Assembly: GCA_040954595.2 (NCBI GenBank)
Contig: CM082594.2
Span: forward strand, 4,201,319 to 4,265,318
Source of the DNA: Balanoglossus misakiensis
Lineage: Eukaryota; Animalia; Hemichordata
Direction of reading: 5' to 3'
Length of the DNA: 64,000 nucleotides
The position numbers were made by a program, and so were the translations under genes. This document shows, in pieces, positions 12,834-27,241 of this stretch. The notes under the pieces are model-generated. The model ran no database searches. It saw only the letters and a program-made list of their open reading frames with translations, and was not told the DNA's origin. Each line of letters starts with the position of its first letter. Within the stretch, counting starts at the first letter, position 1.

Positions 12834-14412
12834 GGCAACCTGAGGAAAGGAAAATGAACGAGTCATTATCAATGTTTCAGTCTCTACTGGGTCAATCGAT
12901 TAAGACAACATTGAAGGAAATCATGTGGAGATGAAATTGGTTAAGGCAAATGTGCAAAACGACTTTGACAATGTTTCTAACAAATCATTGATCTGATTCT
13001 ATATTGGAGGACATACCCCTGAATATTTCCTTACCACAATTTGGGATGGGGGTAGGGTGAGTGTCCAGGGGGTGACTGTCCTAGAACCCAATGAACAAAA
13101 CTGATACACACTGTATGTATAATACCCTTAGCTGTTATCCTACTGTGATGATAAAAGTCATGACTTGTTGATCAAAACCACACATGATAATCAGACCCCA
13201 TGACATCAACTTGACACCGATCATCTTCAAAGATATTTGCTTTACATAATACATCTACTGATATTACCTAATTAAAATACCAAATTTGAAGTAATCGCTG
13301 ACTTGACCTCGTCGCGCAAGGCCATGTACGTCAGAAACATTCCGTGGATTTAAGAAGTCCCGCAGGGAAGACCTCGGGACAAACTACCACAAAGTGTAAT
13401 GAAACGGAAAACACTTATTCTTGGGTTCTTTCCAAACTAAACATAGTGTCACAAGTTGGACATTATTGCTCCGGGTAGCTGTAACTCAATGAGAAATATC
13501 TTGGTACCTTTGTTGTCAGTTTCTAGCTTATTTCCCAAGGCTTGATGAAAAGCCCAGTACTCAACTTATAAGTGCAGCAGATATGTGTACAGTCAGCAAT
13601 GTGTATTTTCAAGTCTTGGCTTATAATAATTTGTCAACAACAACAATATTGTGATATTTACTCATAGAATTACTGTGTTGACAATGTAAAATAATGGGCT
13701 TTTTAGCATGGTAGGGAGAATAGAACAAAAAATTGTAAAAAAACCCAGGGAAAAATAGTTGTCATTAGAGCTAATGCCCTTTCAATGGCACTTACAATCT
13801 TGTTATTGCAACAATGGCAGATTTCACTGTCTAAGCCATAACAAGCCCTACGTCTGACTGAGATCTACACTTTACTCTGGAAGTACAGATTAATTTCAGT
13901 TGACTGGTCTCCGAGTCAACAAAAAAGTCCTTGTTCTGGGGGCTTTAGGCAGAAAAGATTCTAAGCAGGAGACCATTTTGTGTGTGTATGTTGTCTAACT
14001 AGCCAAGAAAGGGGGCTGGAAACCTCTGACCTATATGCATTTGAAATGCACGTAACGTGAGTGGAAGAAATAACACTGCGCCTGTAATTCTGATGCAGTG
14101 CACATACAAAACGTACATTATCAATGTACTGAAGTGCTGTCTAGGAGTGTGTGTGTTCAGGGTCCTAAAACCTGCGGAATGCCTGAGGTTTGAGGAACCT
14201 GAAAACACTGGCTATAGATTCTAGACTAGCTGTCTGGAGTCATCACAGGGACACAGACAGGTACACTGCATCACAAAGTCAGCACACGTACCAGTTTGAC
14301 ATCAAGACTGGTCCAGTAATCATGCTCATTCAAGGCATGCTGTACTAGACACTGACAATATTAAAGTTTCCTACTCTGTCTATAAAGTTCAAGGTAATGT
14401 ATGTCCATAAAA

Positions 14413-14413
14413 C

Positions 14414-14454
<41 letters not shown>

Positions 14455-14520
14455 CATCCTCATCATCAGCAGCAGCAGCAGAGCAGCATCATTGCCATTA
14501 ATATTATCATCATCATCATC
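14413..14520. repeat. (CAT)n/(CAG)n trinucleotide microsatellite
   Basis: Direct reading. Confidence 0.9.
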
Positions 14521-16379
14521 ACTGCTGACATTTTTACCCACAATGCCCTCTGCTTAGTTGAGATCCAAAAGGGTACTTTCACCACATTGGTCAGTACATT
14601 ATCTAAATCTTCATCATACAAAGTCTACCCGAAACCCTCTATACCTCTGTCTGCGAAAAAAGCAGTCAGACATTCTGCCCCTCACCGTTGTTCAAAAGTT
14701 GCTTCTTGAGTTTCTCCAAAGTATGTGTAGGAATGCTGAGTGGCCCCAAAACTCACTCACACACTCTCTCTGAAGTGATTTTTGTTTATTTAGCCTTTAA
14801 AGTGCATTTGTGGAGAAATAAAGGACGGAACCACAGACTCCAACTCGCATACCATGCTGCGTAATCTGCTTTACCTTCAAGCACCTAAAGCCTCGGGGTA
14901 AAAGTCAATTACTTTGAATTTCTAAGGTCACTGAAATTTTTCTACCGGGAATAATATTATGACTATTACACTTGAAAAATATTGAGGTGGCTGAGTATAG
15001 ACCAACTCAAAAACTGCAATTTTTTTAGTTTGTGGCATCATCTGCCTGCCAAGCAAATTGATATAATTCTCCTGCAGTTAATACCTGTACAGTCAAACCT
15101 ATGTTAGTGGCCACCTCTATATAGTACATTGTACCACAAGGTTTAAACAGCCCCTGTGCAATCTATATATATAAAGGCTACCATTGCTGAATGACTTCTT
15201 TCGCTCAAACACAGCCCGTACAAAACATATAAGCAGAATAAAACCATTTACCTTAAAGTTAAACATTGTGCTGCAAAATTCCCTATCGTGATCGTAATAT
15301 CTGATAATCCACACGACTTAATTTCACCTCCGCTGTATTTGAGCCACATTCAGTCACGATGACTCTCCACTGCCACCTTCCCTTAACCAAGAGAGTGGAG
15401 TGACCATGCTTCAACCCAGAATTTCTCCACAACACACGTTTAAACATGCAACACGCCTATTTAGAGCAGATTTTTTTTAAATATGTGATGTACAGTTGTA
15501 TTGTAAATGAGTTTTTTTTAATGCATTCTTTTATTTCATAGAAAAAAAACAATCAAGGAATACAAAGCAAGGGAAGTCAAAACACACTGAGAACAATAGG
15601 AAAGGGGAACACGAAAACAGCAGAACAAAACAAAGGAAAGAACCACACAAAAGTCATCAATCGAGAATCTGAGGGCATATTTACAGTGGCAGGGTTACTT
15701 TCCATTAATCGTGAAAAAGATCGATATTTCCATTCTTCTTTGCAATAATTTTTTTCTGACATTACAACACTTTCGATGAAAACAGCAAGAGGCGGTTTCT
15801 CATTAAAAAAACGAACTGCATATAAATGGTATTCTGCTATAGCAGTTTGCTTGTGCCTGGTATGAAATCCACGGCTGTGGTAGAAAATTACCCACTGTGC
15901 TTTGCGGCGTGAGACCACCCCCCCCCCCCCCCACCTGACTTTACCCTGATCCCCCCAACCTCCCACACTAATCAATTCTTCCGCCCCTTAAATTCAGATA
16001 CACTATTCGATAATGCTCCCGCCATATACATATGACATGGGAGCATATTATATACGATCTTTGTAGGCTTAGCCCAAATACATACTTGTAGCATAATCTA
16101 ATCAATAATGGATAATGTCATGCAGAGCTGGAGCTCTATTCGCCTGGAATATACTAAAGCTATTAGGAATCAATCCGTTTTACTGCCTTTCACACGCGTG
16201 AATATCGAATTAACGTATGCAACGGGCGTGTGCGGAAATGTGTCAAACGACAGATTGCAACGCTTTTATACCTATCTGTGTATAATCACACGCACGGCTC
16301 ACCAACCTCTACCAGCACACAACGGTGTAGTCTGTGGTAGGGGAAGTACTTCAGAGGCCGCGAGTGTGCTTGTACTACG

Positions 16380-16565
16380 TTCAAACCTCTCTATAGTGGC
16401 CAGTCAAGGGACTTTCCTAAACTGGCCTTTATAGAGAGGTGGCCTTTATATAGAGGTTAATTAACACACATGTGAATTGCACAGAGACTGTAACAAAGTG
16501 GCCATTATATAGAGGTGACCGCTATATAGGGGTGGCCACTAACACTAGTAACAGGGGTTTGACTG
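16380..16565. mobile_element. MITE family B copy (degenerate ends)
   Basis: TCAAACCTCTCTATAGTGGCCAGTCAAGGGAC...GGTTTGACTG; highly similar to 35701-35866. Confidence 0.75.
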
Positions 16566-16946
16566 CCACTCCCTCGTATGTCTAATGTCAGGTAGCCCCC
16601 CCCCCCCCCCCCCCCCCCCCAGTCACAGCCAAGGAGAAATACTCGCCATGTCTACGTCTGTGGTGCATATCTGACAGTTCCCGGCGTGTCCACACACACA
16701 CACAGGGCCGGGCTCAGTCGAGTCTGCAGGGCATCCGTAATCGCAAGTCTCTTCTCAAAACCACATTGCATGATAAATACATGTCATATGATACTTGATA
16801 CATGCGATACGTCGAATATTCGACGAAGATAGAGAAAGAAGGGCGCGTTGAAACGACTAACATTAAACATCTGGGTGTGTATTTGTAACTCGTGAAAAGT
16901 AACAAGGTGCGAAATTCAAGATAATCTTTCACGAACACTCACTCAC

Positions 16947-17260
16947 TTTATCCGATTGCGTGTGGCACGTTGAGCAGTCGACGACGGCGGACGACAAGAA
17001 ATCAGACCCAGCTGACAAGTCGACACATCACTCGTCGCCTTCAAGTCATTCCCCGGTCTCCATTGCTTCGTACAAAAACAACAAACAGGGAAAAGGGACA
17101 AATGGCTCTTAAGGAAGAGACTTGACTCTCTCGGTGCGTTGTCTGTCAAGCGAACAGCGTATATATTCACTAGATTCTGAAGCCAGCGTGTCGTGTGTTG
17201 TTTGTGAAGCCCTGAAGATTAACCTTTGGTAACCTACAGTGAGCTGCGTTCTGATTGGTT
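16947..17260 (-). promoter_or_regulatory. Probable non-coding first exon and promoter of the sulfotransferase gene
   Basis: CpG-richer patch; strong minus-strand donor GTGAGT at 16946; CCAAT box (ctgattgg on +) at about 17251-17258. Inference from position and orientation. Confidence 0.4.
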
Positions 17261-18838
17261 GAATTAGTAAGGACCATCCAAGAAGTGAAGCAGACGCCCT
17301 CATCATGGCTTCCAAACTCTTTTTAGGGAATTTGTGTCTTAATTTACAAGATATCACCCAATTTTAACATTATACTGCCACTATTCTACGTATATCTGCG
17401 AAAAAAGTCATATCAGTTGACACATCAACTCTTCAGTGACCCACTAGTGAAATAAACAGGGAAATTCAACTACCAACTTGAAATTTTGCCAAAGCAGTCC
17501 TGGTAGGCCCTAAGCTTATAATACACCTGTATATACAATCACCCAGAACAATAACTTTGCTGCAGTGATTGCCAGAATTATGTAATACTACAGACTACCC
17601 ATGCAGAACGGTGGGCCTGGAGCTCTTCACTTTACATATGGCAGATGCATCTCTGATCCATCTCTCGTATTACAATAAGAAGTAAGAAATCTCCAAAGCA
17701 CCAACTGAATTGTTGACAGAAACGTCTGGGTAAAACGATAATGCAGCTGTCGTCTTCTCGTCCTTCACAAGTGGCATTGGGATTACGATGAGGGACTGAT
17801 ATCTATATAAACAGTCCATGCAATAGAAATTGCCAAAAAAAAGCACGTAGTGGCATTTATAAACACATACAGACTTTTCGTTTTGAATTGTTTCTTTATT
17901 AAGTTAGGTTAAAAAATGCAAATGCTAGGTAGATTACAGATGTATTTTATCCATAAAACATGTTTATCACACAGTCGACAGATACAGCATTCTAACTGTA
18001 ATAACTAACTGTTGATAGCTGGCAATAAAATTTAATATGACTATCTGACAAATTATCCAAACAGCAAATTACTTTATTGATATGGACTGCTATTACCAAG
18101 ACACTTGTTTGTCTGATGTGATGACATTTAACAGACAGACACTGGGCAACCAATTCTGCTGATTATATTCTCCTTGATATAAACAAAATCGTCTTTGGTA
18201 AACAAATTGGGAGTTACAGTCTTACGTCCAGATATTCTTCAGATAAGTGTAAAAGAAACATTCACTTTCAAGTGATCATAACAATGGCCAAAACACAATT
18301 TCTTCCATAAAACTTAATTATTTTACAGTCATTTAAAATTTAGAACTTTCAAAATTAGAAATTTAAACTTTTTACAAATGATGTCTAAATATTTTAAAAC
18401 ATTCTCGACCAGATGTCATCAGCCATTTTTATTTTGTAAAGTTTAGGATACAACAGGTTGAAGTGATTTGTCTTTTTAATAAGCTGATGATGAATATTCA
18501 TGTTAGTCCATGAGTAAAACAGAGATTTCAAAATAATACAGCTGTGACAAAGACATGCTAACAAAAAACACTATACAGAATTGGCAATATGATCAAGACA
18601 AACTTAAGAAACCACTTTCTTTATTTATTTACAAAATACAAAACATTGTCACTATACATGTATGTGTATCACAGTATTACGACTGCCTCGCTCAGCAATC
18701 GTATTGTAAGTGGGCCGAGGGAACTCTGGGACCAAATAATGCACCACGGTGAGAGAGAGAGGCATTCTGGGTAAATCATGTAGCAATGACACAGCTACCG
18801 AGATGAATGACCTTGACCAAACCACCAAGGTCACCAAA

Positions 18839-21800
18839 TTAATTGACGCCGACCATGTCAGCTTCGCCAGCTCGGTGGACAGCACCAGTCCTCAGCCTCT
18901 CTAGAACGACCTCCGTGTCGGTCGGTTCGGCCTGGTCCAACTTGTCCCTGTCGACATTGAACGCCCTCGAGAGGTAATAGAGAAGCTGGTTCTTTTCGAT
19001 CATGGGATCTATAATACTGATGGCTATCCTCAGTTCCTGTTGTTTGATTTCCCTGTTGAGAAAGAAAGAAAGACAATATTTTGTTACCAGAGTGGACTTG
19101 TGTTGCCGATTAAAGTAGCTCTGTCAAGGCTTCTAACCAAGTCAAGAAAAAGGAAGACCCCATAAGATGTTTCATCAGTATCTTCATTCTCAAGTGACAG
19201 CCTTCTTGGAAGTCCCACACCCCCCCCCCCCCCCAATCTTGTTTCTATCTGTGACCAATCTTTCATGTCTCATCTTCAGCAATTTGAATTAGTCACATGA
19301 CTAGCCATTTGCGAAATGAAACTGTTGAGTTGACATTTTATCATGATCTAAACTTTTTTCAAAGAGAAAACAGAAAAACACTCACTCTTTCTCGTTGAGT
19401 TCATTTTTGATGTCTTCTATGTACTGTAACCTTTCCTCCTTTTCCTGCTCACGTATTTTGTTGATGAAGGGTCCATTTCTGCCCTCGTCGTCCTGCAGAA
19501 AGAAACAATGCACGAATGAACGACTGCGACGCGCTCCACTAATTGCCAGAATGAAACCTGCTTCGTGACCTCTGCATGACCTTAAATGGTGTGAATCCAC
19601 TAGTGAGATTTTGCTTCAAGCAAAAAGCTGCATTTTTCGGCAGGAAGTGGTTAAATTTTGAATACCCCAAAATACTAGGATGTAAGATCATGGGAGTCAT
19701 GGAAATGAAATAAAATACACGCCCTCTAAAGATTGGATTCCAATGGTCAATTTTCAATGCAACATACTGCAGTATATTTTTAGATATGACAAGCTTAATT
19801 TACTCCATTGAACACCAGAGTAGTAACATACTGAAAATCATTCATGCTTGCTAATCACTTTAACAGGGAATGAAATAATTCAGAGTAGACAGGATGTTTC
19901 ATATGAATGACATCGTTATCGTCCAACAAATCTCAAAACTCACCTCTGTGAAGAGATTCCGATATTCAATGGTGTCATTTCCTTCTTCAAGTTTCAACTC
20001 CTCGATCGCGGCAGCCATCACAACCTCCATACTCTCCTCTGATTTGAGCGGGAAAAATGTCTTCAGCGTCTTCTCAAAGTTGTCCTTTTTCAGTGATCCC
20101 TGTATAATAATACACAGTGTCAGTGGGGTTATTATGCAGTCTATTAGACTGTGAAAAATAACATGTCTGTGGAAATGTAGTACTTGCTAGAAAAAAACTC
20201 AAAATGGCTACCAGGTTTTTTAAAAGTTTGCAAGGGAAAAAGTAAATGAAATTGAAGTATCTTTGTTTTTACAACATCCCCTGATGGTGCATTCTAAACC
20301 CATTTAACTCCTATTTCTTTGTGAATGGTTTCACCCATGCCATGGACAACAACACGGTGCAACCAAATGCTTGTAGTTAATGGGTAAAACAATGTAATAG
20401 TTGTAATGGTGGTGGCTTACCTGATTTCCGGCCTCCGCGTCAGCTTTGGTCAACGCCTGGATGAGCTTGGCCAGAGTTTGGAGCTGATCGTGGTAGACTT
20501 CCTCATCAATCTGAAACATCAAGACATTGGGCATTTTCAAATCTGAATTCCACAACCCTCTAGATCTCTTTCAATTTCTAATTATCTCCCACTGAAACTA
20601 GTGAACATATCTTGCATGTAGTATTTTGGTTGAGATTCATGCATAGGTTGTGGGGGGGGGGGGGGGGTACACACGAAAATTCAATTATCTGAACACTAGC
20701 TATGTACATTGAGAATACAACACTGCATCTCTACCTCAGATGCGCATATGTGAATAAACGGTAGAGACCGATTATTCATTTTGGCAAGTTTTTTTCACTC
20801 TCGTGTCTACCAGTGGTATGGAAGTTGAATGTGGTTGAATGTTGATTCACTATATATCCACATGTAGAATAACATAAATGGTGTCTTTTATCATAATTAA
20901 TGAGGAAAAGGCAGCGAGAGAGAGAGAGACTTTGTCCCTTTAATGATGAGTAAAAAATACCAAGAGATGTGATCTCCTGTTGAGTGTCTCTCATTTCTCA
21001 GTCAAGATGTTTGGAAATGCGTCAGTTTGATACATACCTTTCCTGTGAGAATACCATGGAAGAGACCGATGCGGTCATCATCTTGGAATCTTTCCGCCGC
21101 ATCCAGGAGATTGTAACCCCACTCTATCACCATGTCTTCGAGTCCGAACCGACGCAGCAGATAATCGTACATGAAGTCCTCCATCTTGCTTTTCTGTCCG
21201 CCATTTTTCTGAGGAGAGAAATCAGAAAAGTGAAAGTACAAATATTTCTTCATAAATTGTAGTTTGGAATCTGGGGCTAGATGTTTTTTGCACAAAAATC
21301 ACAGGGTTAAAATGTGAAATTCCAATGATTTATATAACATAACTACAGTCTTTGAAGCTGTTCAGTGATTTTTTTCAAACTGTTTTCTACAAACTCCATT
21401 GCATATGGTTGCTTTAAATACACCTTCACTAGTCAAGTCTATAAGACACATGCATAGTAGGACTAAACTTTGCATGCAAATGTTTCGCATACTATTCAAA
21501 TACATGACCAAGTGTGCATTGGAAACATAAAAACACAAAATTGGTTTCTCCCAAATATTGGTATTGAAATCATAGCGTATTGCCATCGTATGCGTGCTTT
21601 GGTACGGGTGAAACATGAATATTCAGGTACCTCATTATCATAAACAGTCTTCTCTCGCCAGACATCTTTGATCAGCATACTCGCATCCCTCTTGCCAATT
21701 TTCCTGGGTTTCACCTTTCCTTCGTATCTCAGATACTTGGGAACGTCTTCACCTAGTCCCTGATATAAAAAGTACAGGAGTCGACAGTTTCAATACGACA

Positions 21801-24800
21801 TCAAAATGTTAAGTGCTCATTTACTCAAACATTCATGAAGATACAAAATTGAAAGCTACGCAAAATACCAGCAAGCCCTCTGCAGTCTGCTACCAAACAA
21901 AAAAAGTTGACACAATGCACATAGACCAGTTTGTGGATAGGGTACTTGCAATGCATGATGGTATAATTTGCATTCAACATAGCGTCTAGTACATGGCTAA
22001 CGCACGCGCTCAGAACGCAAACTTCCCCACAACCCCCTGCATTATTCTATCTGCAAAGTGGTCCATGGCCTGAATTGTACCAGGTCAGTAAAAAAAATAT
22101 CATAATTTCCACTTACCTTTCCTTCAATGTTATCAGACCCGCTCAGATCCCCACCCACAATTTCGGCCAAGAGAACATCAACAAGCTGGTCGCTGTTCTT
22201 GTTTTCTGATAACTTCTTCCATCTCTCTTCCCCGCCTTCCACGTGGGCTGAACATTTGTCCCAGAACGGTCTGTGGAACAAATCGACAAGGCAAAAATAT
22301 TCAGAGCCTGGGGACTCAATACAGGACGATTTGAAATCATGGATCTCACAACTCTACAAGAAGAACCTTTCTAAAGTGAACCGTGTCTAAACTGAACTCC
22401 ATTGGAGAGATTGTTCAGGTCGCAGAGGTGTCTGGTTTACAGAGGTTCTTTTAACATGTGATTCTATGTAGGAGGAACTGGAAAAGATGTTCGGTACAGA
22501 CAGGTTTCTGGATAAGACAGGGTTTGGTTTACACAGGTTTTACTGTAGTTCCATTCAAAATTTCAAGGTTTGATTTTCGTCTCGTTTTATTTCTGAACCC
22601 AACACATCCAATTTCCCCCTTACTCATGACAAGCCAGTGATATCTACATACCTGGGTGTCGCTGATCTCTTCAGCTGTTCCAATTCTTGGTAAAATTCAT
22701 CTCTCTGCGCCAGTACTTGTTTGTGAACTTCAAGCAATGTACTATCATAGGAAAAAAAAGACATGTACACAGTGAGAACTTCTAGCTGTTGAAGACTTCA
22801 AGCCACCATGTGTTGACATGAATATTGCTCATTTCAACATAATTCAATTATGCTGTACTCAAGCATCTTATAAAGTTTGTTCAGTTACTATGACAACAAG
22901 ACTCAACTCACTCATGTTCTGACATTAGTTTCCTGTGGTCATCTTGCATAGTCTGCATTTCTTCCTGGAAATTCTATAAATTAGAAAAAATATCAAGAAT
23001 TGGTGAAATTGAAAATGGACTGCAATATATAACCATAACCCATCAACATTAATAAGTACAGAGATATTGATATTTCTAAGTATATACAATTTAAAGTTAA
23101 AATTCACTTTGCATTGTCTCACACAAGTTTCTGAGAGCTGTCTTACATTGAATTCCTTTTCAAGAGCCTCAAAATCCCTCCTGGGCACGACATCACCGTA
23201 GTTTGCGATCATTTCATTCAGTCTTTGCGTTGCTGCTGAAAGGTCTTCCCTGGATTTCCTGAAAAAAAAAAGACAAAAAATTAAAGTGTCAGATTTGATG
23301 CTACAAATTTAGCGTCTGGTCACATGCCTCTGTTGTGCACAAATCTCAATATCACTGTCCCTTTTTTTTGCAACAAGACGTTCCTCCCCTAATCTGGATA
23401 TCAAAACAAGACACCGAAGTTGCCTGGACGTACTTGAGAGCTATCTTCAGCAAGACAGGATCTTCTTTGCTCTCTTCTTCGCCTTCCTGCATTCCACTCT
23501 GCGATTTCTGATAATCTTCTTGTTGGTATCTCAGATCGTTGATGTCGGCGACCAGTAACTTCCTCGCATCGCATTCATCCCGATATTTGTGGTACTCAGA
23601 TGCCACTTCATCTTGAAGCTGGGAAGTGAAGGTGAAGTTTATAAAGATTAAATGAAAAGATGACTGGAATTTCTATACTTAATAGACTATTACGTGGCAT
23701 TATACACATATAAATCTAAATGTTGCCATTGCCAATGCTGGTATTTTTCCTTAAAGTTCTCAGTTTCACCATTACACTTCTTGGGGTGCATATTTATTTG
23801 TGTAATGGTTTAAACATTTACTGATCAATTTTTTTTTATGTTACAGAATCATTTTTGCGTGACAAAATTGTGTTTTGAATGCTCTGGTTGTAGAATTCAT
23901 CGCTAAGTCACTTCAAGAAATACAAATTTATTTTGACTGACTTTGTGATAGTGTCAGCTGGCCGCAACAGTTAGATGTCCATGGCAGTGACAATACCTAC
24001 AAGAGATTAACACTTGGAAGAATTCCTATTGACGAGAAGGGAATGTTGTATTCACCTGTTGTATTTGTTCTCGCAATGACAACTGTTCTTCTTTCATGCT
24101 ATCAATCTGTTCCATCAACGTCCTCTTGTCTTTCTTCAAGTCTGACATCTCCTGCTTCTCTTCGTTTCTCAAGGCGATGATTTTTTGATCACACTGTTCC
24201 GACACTGTCACTAGCATCGACTGGAAACCACAGCAAATGTAGACAACAATGATGACTTGGTTTCAACACAGGTCATTGTCAATCCCCCAAATTTGCCATA
24301 AACAGAATGGCTTTGGACCAAACCACGGTGGTGATAGGGTCAAAATCTTGGAATTTCAAACCTATTTTGCTACAGGTTGTACACTTAGTAGAGAAATTCA
24401 GTGAACAAATGTGCTCCAATATGGACAAAATATTCACCCAAACTTGTTTGCAAAACAAGACAATGCTACCTCACCATCCAAGACAAAACGACACTGCAGG
24501 AAACTCCAGAAATGTATTATAGAATTAAAGAGAATGATTCTACTTACTCTGAGTGGCTGTAGGTGTCTAATTTCTTCCCTCTGATACGCTAACATCATTT
24601 CATATTCATTTTTAATGGCTGACAGCAGTGGTTTGTAGGTCTTGAAGTCTTCTATTAGATATTCAAACACTTCTCTGAATGCCTGTCAGCACAGAATGGG
24701 AGAAATAGGCAGTGAGTATGAACCATTGTTGAAATAGGTAAGTGATAGTGAAATTACTCTACTACAGAAAGAGAGGGGTGGGGGGGGGGAGGGAGACAAA

Positions 24801-27115
24801 GAGAGACAGAGCCAGTGAGAGGCAGAAAGACATATACAGAAAGAGGGAGAGAGACAGACAGAGAGTGGGAGAGAGGGGTGAGAGACATATGTAGACAGAG
24901 AGAGAACGGGGAGTGAGACTGACCAGTTATTTGTATTCTTCAGATAATAGTCTCTCTAACTTGAAACTGGAATACATTTAAGGGTTAACACTATATAACA
25001 GGTGAAGAACTGACGATATGATTATCTGCAAAATGCCAGCTGTCCTACCTGTAGTCTCAATTCACTCGGCACCATTTCTGTACTTTCCAAGGCTCTCAAC
25101 TCCTTCTGAAGAAACGCTTCCAGCTGTTCCAGAAACTTGGGTTTGGGCATCATGGCCTCGTTGGCACTTCCATTGGGGGACACGGGGACCAATCGCTTCT
25201 CGTGCGACCTTGGCCTCTGCAAGTTGCCACCGGTCGCCTGATTGGATGCATGGGCTGGCCAGGTGTCCAGTGCTCCTGATTTGGTGTCCACATAGGCCTG
25301 TACCGGTATGCCAGATGAACATTGTGTTAGAATGGTAACGTAAATCACATCTTCAGTTTTAACAGAGAATGTATGTTTAATTCATGAGATAGCAACCTAT
25401 CCTCAACATCATTCGTAACTGACAGAACCAGTATTAGGAATTACGTATGGGCACCTGAAAAATATGACTTTTGGAGACCTCAAGTCATTTAAAGATTTGA
25501 AGACATTTTTCTCCATCAGCCCTGGCTCACTACTTGTCAGATGATTTCTCTTCTTGCATCGCACTCTCCGAGAACTTTCTTTTTCTGTGGCTCATATTGG
25601 CCGAAATGAAAATATTATCGTTGAAGAGTGCCCTCAATTCCACAATAAGCAACTGCTTTTGTTTAACGTCCTCCAAGGTTGTCCACAAAACAATATCACT
25701 CCTTTTTACACCCCTGAGTATACAGACTTAAAATTTCATTTTGCTGAAAGTTTCTGTACCTTGAGCATAGTTGGCTCTGGCAAATTATATTGTCCTCTGT
25801 CTGATGACAGCTGATAACTTGCTCCGGTTAGACCCTGGAATTTTTCAATGTTACGTGCTGATATCCCTTGGTTAGGGCTACTGAAATTGAAAAAAAAATC
25901 CAACAACATTTAGACAGTGACAATGAAAATAAACAGTCTGCAATATAATTAATTAGTTAAATCATGGTCACCCCAATTTCTCAATACAGAGGTCCAACTT
26001 TGCCATAGAAAACAATGGATTTGGACCAAACCAATGTGGTGAAAGGGTTAATTGTTTTTATGGTTAAAAAGCCACAAAACTGGAGAAAGCATTGAACATT
26101 TTATTGCTTGTTTGTGTACATAGGCCTGATATTTATATTGGACTTTTGAGTAACTACAAAGACAGTAAAATGTGTAAAGAGGTTTCTATAAATGGTTTTA
26201 TTGCTTCATGTCATTGTCTGATGAAATCAGTATACACAACAACATCAATCTATACAATGTATGATGTGTAACAAGTATAAAAATCAATACTTCTTAAAGA
26301 TGGGCTTATTTCATGGTGAATTTAAGAAAATTGGTATAGTGCAATGAAAACAAATGTATTTATTGTTATTTACTATTGAAAGTAGTTATATGCATGGTCC
26401 TATGGTACTATCGATTATCCAGCAGAGCTATGGACACATTAAGTAGCTGTTTAACTATATGAACTACTGGATATACTGACATTTAGTCAGTGGTTTAGTC
26501 TAATAGGTTTTTGTATGATACAAAACCATCTCGTCCCATTCACATTAGACAGAGTGTATGTTATATGCTCCCCTGGTGTCTATACATAATCATGGTCACT
26601 TGGTGTTGAGTATAGTTTATAGTTATTTTCTTGATGACCACAAATATTACCAACGAGTTTCAATATCTTCTCAATTTTACTGTAATGTATCCTCTATTTC
26701 ATCATATACTGTATACATAAATGCAAAGGTCAAGAACGACGGCCACATATACACAGATACTTGGAGCCACCTGTATCAAATGGGGCACTTCACGCTGTCG
26801 GTCCCTTTGATGTTGGACGAATATTGGCATGGGACGTCTTGGCTTTGGGCAAAGGACAGGTCCAAGTGACCACTACGCTTTGGACAACTGCACTCGAAGC
26901 TGTACCCTTGCTAAATTCAGAAACACCGTTTTATGGACCTCTTATGTTTAGCCCCACAGCTATGAACCACATAGAGACAGTATAATAATACTATGAGCTG
27001 AGCCTCACACCTCCACGGATTGACACACTGTGTTGTCACTTCTCTCAGACAAATTCTGCAAAAATAATGCTCACCTTGTGATGGGTGGGAGCTTTGCAAG
27101 GGCCCGTGCCGACAT
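18839..27115 (-). CDS. TSNAXIP1: Translin-associated factor X-interacting protein 1 (ciliary/flagellar coiled-coil protein), about 16 exons
   Basis: Exons splice in frame: 27075-27115 (MSARALAKLPPIT), 25760-25880, ~25049-25296 (MMPKPKFLEQLEAFLQKELRAL), ~24547-24682 (FEYLIEDFKTYKPLLSAIKNEYE), ~24056-24220, ~23433-23618, ~23149-23258, ~22910-22974, ~22632-22742, ~22117-22269, ~21630-21759, ~21038-21208 (EWGYNLLDAAERF), ~20421-20510, ~19944-20099, ~19387-19492, 18839-19052 (stop TAA). Motifs recognised as the TSNAXIP1 N-terminal domain. Confidence 0.85.
20843..20943. repeat. Dispersed repeat fragment ending in CCC|TTTAA, shared with 46243-46347
   Basis: GTTGATTCA.TATATATCCACATGTAGAATAACATAAAT...GGCAGCGAGAGAGAGACTTTGTCCCTTTAA is present in both TSNAXIP1 and DCAF11 introns. 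Confidence 0.75.
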
Positions 27116-27178
27116 CCTGGTTGTTAATTATGGTAACTTTACCAGTACATCAGTGCAGTTCAGTCGTTACAATACCTT

Positions 27179-27241
27179 GTAAACAAGGTAAACATGAATG
27201 AGAAAATGTAAAGCAATATGGCGGTGATGTCGCTAGGCAAC
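27179..27241 (-). promoter_or_regulatory. RFX X-box plus two forkhead sites upstream of TSNAXIP1
   Basis: GTCGCTAGGCAAC (27229-27241) fits the X-box consensus. GTAAACA occurs twice (27179-27185, 27188-27194), within 130 bp of the ATG. Confidence 0.6.

Noticed and set aside
11404-12857. Overlapping and antisense ORFs within the sulfotransferase
   Set aside because: Shadow ORFs of a GC-rich coding exon; no recognisable motifs.
14401-14709. His/Gln-rich 102-aa ORF
   Set aside because: Generated by the (CAT)n/(CAG)n microsatellite; no splice or homology support.
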